Below, piece after piece: positions 45,067-64,000 of a stretch of 64,000 nt of DNA. Position numbers and translations under genes: made by a program. Source of the stretch: the human T2T-CHM13v2.0 reference genome, Homo sapiens. Positions within the stretch are counted from its first letter, which is position 1. The number at the start of each line of letters is the position of its first letter. Below the pieces are notes generated by a model, which was not told the DNA's origin, searched no databases, and was given only the letters and a program-made list of their open reading frames with translations. The stretch is from NCBI RefSeq assembly GCF_009914755.1, contig NC_060925.1; one strand, written 5' to 3'.

Positions 45067-46463
45067 TGAGGCCCATTGTCTTTCCTAATTTTTGAATACA
45101 TACTACATGAGTATCTTCAAACACTGAGCAACAACAAAAATTTTTTGTGAAATGCCAGTAAAAACAAAAAGTATTATATTTCCAGGTAAAATGAGACACG
45201 GGTTTTTTAAAGTCACTGAATGTGCATGGAAGTATTTTTGAGACTCACTAAGGAAATAGAGGCACCAGCACTCTCTGTAATTTTTAGTAAAAGACTCCTA
45301 TCTGAGGGAATCTGGGATTCCCCCCAAAAGGATCTCAGTTTGATCACCCTACAGTGAAGGTCAACAAGTCCTACCCAAGAATTCAAAACACCTGTCAGTC
45401 TTTAGTTCCCTAGTCTTGAAGTTTGAGCAGAGTCACATATTACCAGAGAATTCGAGGATAGTATCTCCGAGAAGCCGGGAAAAAACTCAGTTAAGAGAGA
45501 AGGGATGCTTTAAAAAAAAAAAAAAGAGGTCTTAGACGTAAATTTCTCTTACCTGAAAGTCATGAGCTTCGAGACTGAAAAGGCCTAGCAAGTGTCCAGG
45601 ACAGTGGATCAAAGTGGACCTATACCATGATACATCTCAGTGAAGTTTCAGGACACTTGAAAGAAAGAAAAGGTAAAGCTTCCTGCCAAAAGCAAAAACA
45701 TGTTTTGTATAAAAGATTTAAGAATCAGAATGGCATCAGACTCTCCAACTGCAAAAGACAGAGCAGTGCCTTCAAAATTCTGAGAAAAAATAATGTCTAC
45801 ATTAAAATTTTTATAATCATCTTCAATTTTTAAGATACTCACTCAAACTATCAAATAAATGTGAGGCTAAGTAAGAGTTAAGACCTACAAGGCCTTTTTT
45901 TGTTTTGTTTTTAAAACGTCTTTTGGATCAATCATGAGATGTAGAATCTAATAAAACCTTTTTATGATTTATCTCCCATAAACCATTTTTTCAGGAAAGT
46001 AGATAATATGCTCCACCAAAATAAAGTACATCAAGGAAAAAAGGCATCTTTTGTCTTTGATGGAAGAAAGAGGAAGTCCAGTACAAAAGTATGGCAAAGG
46101 GAATCATCCCTAGGGTAATGAAAAATGTCCCCAAGATGACAGCTGTACAAGAGACCTAGAGGCATCCAGCCCAGACTAGAGACTGGAGCAGTCAGAAGAA
46201 AGATTTCTTCAAGAAGATGAAATTCATAGAACACCTAAATTGTTTGGATAGAGGAGATTAACACATAAAAGGAGATTTCGTGACACTAGAGGAGAGTTAC
46301 ACATAAAAGAACACACCAAGCAAATGAAAAAACCAAGGCAATCCTTTGGGCAAATGTATACCAGCAAAACACTCACATTAAAACACTATTTCCATACAAC
46401 TGATGCTATTTGGCAATAAAAAGGAATGAAGTGCTGATATATGGATGAACTTCAAAAATATTA

Positions 46464-46824
<361 letters not shown>

Positions 46825-47425
46825 TTATATGAAATGTCCAGAACAGGCAAATCTTATAGAGACAGAAAGTAGATTAGTGGCTGCCTAGGACTGGGGGAGT
46901 GAAAAGAAAGGGGGTGATCGCAAATAGGCATGCAGTTTCTTTTGGGGTGTTCTAAAAGTTGTGCATATAGTTGCAAAACTATGCAAACATGCAAAACCCA
47001 TTGAATTTTACACTTAAAATATTATAATATGTAAGTTATATCTTAATAAAGCTTTTTTTTAAAGTAGAGCCAGAAAAACAAGAACATTATTTTCCAACCC
47101 CCCTCATAACACCATCTTGGAAACTTGTGAAAAATAAAATTTCCCAGGCCTGTCTTCAGTCTCCATTCCAGAAGAGAGGCCTGAGAAGAGGCATACTTAA
47201 GCACCTATAAGCTTGCTGTTCTGTTGTGAGTGACAGTTATATAATTCTAATGATGTAAATGTAAACTAATGATGTAGATCCTGTAAATTAATCTAACAAA
47301 AATCATTACATTAGTAGCATGGTGGGATAAAAAGTCTGTGGGTTCATGGTGGGGGTGAGGAGAATGAAAAAGAGATAAATCTTTCCCCGTGTAAAGATGC
47401 CAAAACTGAACACTCAAGAATTAGC

Positions 47426-50052
<2,627 letters not shown>

Positions 50053-50655
50053 TTTAACTTTTTATTATGGAATATTTTTTTAAAAATACAGTGAATAATT
50101 TAGTGAACCCCCATGTTGTCATCACCTAGCTCTAACAATCATTAAAATATGCACTTTGTTTCCATGTTAACATCCCCCCTTCACCCTCACCCTGGCAACC
50201 ATGGACTATTTAATTGGAAGCAAATGAAAAAGGATTTTTAAATAACAACCTTGGCCTGTTGAAATAGTTATATTTCAACATTTTAAAAAATTTATTAATA
50301 TATTTTTTAAAAAATATATTACATAATCAAATTCAGTCCTTCAGATTATTTTATCTTCAAATACGGGTATATAAAGTAAGTAAAAACAAGTTTATGTTAC
50401 AATCTTTGTTTCTTTCTAATGAATGTCTTCTAGTTTCTGTAACATTTAAAAATAATGTATTTTAGGTATTCATTAGATTTGCTATCTTCCAAATAACATC
50501 AGCAAAGAGTCACAACTACCAGAGAGACATTCTCACTGGCTATTCAACTCAGCGAGCTGCTCTGGAGTCCTTACTTCTGTGAGAATATTAGAGATGTTAA
50601 GAGTACCCTTCTGACTTGCTAATTCTCTACACCAGTAATTTGGTATGTATAATTA

Positions 50656-55815
<5,160 letters not shown>

Positions 55816-57064
55816 GTATCCTAAATAAAAGTCTAAGAAATAATATCTATAAAAGATTGTTGGAAAGACATGCAACTGCCATTCATTCTTCCACTAGCAT
55901 ACCTCTTGATCTAACCAGATGACCAGTAAGTTATGTATTTAGATCCCACTGTTTTTGCCCATTACAAAATTGCTCTTTATATGTTAGACCATTAGCCTAA
56001 CACTTTCCTGTTTAGTACATTTTCTTATCCTCTTCATATAGACCCATAAGAGAAACTTCTTTCAAAGTTTAGAAATAGGAAAAGAATAACTGGTTTGGCT
56101 TTGTCTTACTAGACACACTCTTCAACATATTATGCTCCTTACTTTGCTTTGGCTACCAAATATGTGACCTACTTTGATACTGTATGCATTTCTGTTTGCT
56201 AACATGAACTCTCATCTTACCAGATTTCACCTTAGCAGTGATTCTTTTAACTGTCAGACTGAAGCATACATTGCCACTTTTTAAGTGAATGTCAAGTATC
56301 AGTAATTTATTTTGGTTTAACCTAATGTTTGATTATTTTTGTGTCATATGTATTCATGCAAACTGCCTAAAAATCTATGGGGAACAAGGTAGGGTATAAA
56401 TATAAAAATAAATATTTGTCACTGTGCATAATCAGTCTCAGTTTCAATTATTTGTTTGGTTGTATTCTAAGAATAAGGTGATTAATAAAACAATCAAATA
56501 TGGCTCCACATTTATTGGTAGCTTGACCATTTAGACAATAATAGAAAGACTAGCCAGAACCAAATCCCTAATCCAATAACAAAATAAAAACAAACAAGAA
56601 ACCTGCTTCTTTCATTTTAAAAGTCTTTTTTTGTTTTCTAGTATTATGCTGATATTGTTAAACTATTAGCATTTTTATAAGCCATTTTAAAATAATGTTT
56701 ATAGTATTTAAAATAAATCAATGGGCATATTTTCATAAATACTTTCATAAAAATTATGCTTACTGTATTTTCATAAATACTTTCATAAATATTGTACTTA
56801 TTAACACATGATTGAATATATGTAGATAAATTTTTTCTAAATCATATGATTTGACATTAGAGCTAAATATTTAAAATAAGCACTGTTTAGAAAAATATGG
56901 AATAATTGGTAGGTGTGGATGTATTCTCTCTCTTCTGTTAGACCCTTGATGGTAGGGATTATTTCTTAATCATATTTATATCCTAGAACTTAGTACTCTG
57001 ACTTGACAAGAGCAGGCACATGAACTATACTGAAAAGACGGTAGGATTCTTGAAAAAGCCCTAG

Positions 57065-62781
<5,717 letters not shown>

Positions 62782-64000
62782 GAAAAAGCCCTAGGTACTA
62801 ATTATTTATCCCACCCTTTTAAATGCTGAAGGAGAACATTAATAAGCAGACAGATGGGAGTACTAACAATACAAGACCCAAATAACATATTCGTTCTTAC
62901 CTGATGTGGACTGCTTCATCATGTTATGCATTAAGAGACAAAGTATAAAAAGTAAAAACATGTAGAATTTATTTAAATAATATTTAAGACATCTGACACA
63001 CTCAGCACAAGTTTAATAGTTAACAAAATCTTTTTTTATAACATCTAAATCTACTTTAATGGAATCTTAACTTTGCATTATCAATAAAGAGATCGGATTT
63101 TAGAATTTCTCTGTGTGTATTAAACAATGCTGGTCCCCCAAAAACATTTAGTAATGAGAAAAGGAAAGCGATAAGTTATTATACAATTTACAAAGAATAA
63201 AGCATAAAAATGCAGTATAGTTAATAAGAAAACAGGAAACTGTCATGTTCATAGTCTGATGAAAGGTTTTGACAGGAAACAGCAGAGTTTCTTACTGTAT
63301 GATAGTAAAAATTCAAACACTAAAAAAACACTATTTATAAAAGATTACAGCTATTCCACGCAAGTTATCATTGAAATTCTACAGCAGGGATAACCTGTAA
63401 AGATGAATATTCTGAAGCCCCAAAGGACTTCATCATCATTAAGGATACATAAGTATTTTTAAATTTTTCATTAGTCTACTTTATTGGCTAAACCAGTAGA
63501 TATTAAGACAGAAATTTCTTTTGTGAAATAGAGAAGTGTCATGGTTTTAGAGTTTTGTAGTCTTTAAATGTAGGTTCTTTATAAGTGATAAAGAAATCTG
63601 TGCCGAGAAAATATGATCACCTGGGCAAGTGTCTGTGTGGCTAGAGGAGACAATGTGCTGTGTGTCTGCTTTCTTTTAGCACATCATAGGACACTGGTAA
63701 CTTAAAAAATTACAGTTGATTTTTTTTTACACTTGGTTTTAAAGAGACGTAACAAGTTATCCTTCAATTTTAACATTGGGGTAATGGAATTAATAATACA
63801 ATCTTATAATTATATAATGCTTTACAGTTAAAAGTGCTTTCATGCATATTATTTCAACTTAAAAAAAATTTCCCCTGTGTGTGACTGGAGGTTGCACTGT
63901 GCAGACAACTACCACTTTCTGAGATTCAAAAGAATAAGAGGAAGGGCTGCATTGGGTATTTTGAAAGACAATCAATCCACAACAAAGTGGAAAAAAGTCA

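Noticed and set aside
62895-62905. Strong minus-strand donor CAG|GTAAGA (a similar one at ~45553)
   Set aside because: No convincing paired acceptor found; isolated donors are common in long introns

Overview
Primate (human-type) genomic DNA. I recognise it from the encoded proteins as the GFI1-EVI5 locus (human 1p22). GFI1 is complete on the minus strand: six coding exons (10398 down to 2918) join through GT-AG introns into 1269 nt, i.e. 422 aa with an N-terminal SNAG domain and six C2H2 zinc fingers. It has three candidate non-coding first exons in a CpG island and an AATAAA at 1665-1670. About 22 kb upstream on the same strand lie the EVI5 terminal coding exon (40515-40829), a ~4.9 kb 3'UTR and the start of EVI5's long last intron. 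The rest is repeat-rich: more than 30 Alu/FLAM copies, a decayed 5.7 kb L1PA with a clean 13-bp target-site duplication (TSD), older L1/L2/MIR/MER elements, an MLT2A LTR with a HERV-L stub pointing at GFI1, and a retroposed 28S rRNA 3' fragment. I find no new gene system. The best leads are regulatory hypotheses: a promoter-specific uORF in frame with the SNAG start, a regenerated splice donor that could remove zinc fingers 5-6, an LTR that could act as an alternative GFI1 promoter, and an ETS/GATA/MEIS cluster in the EVI5 intron. Repeat boundaries and subfamilies were assigned by eye and are approximate.
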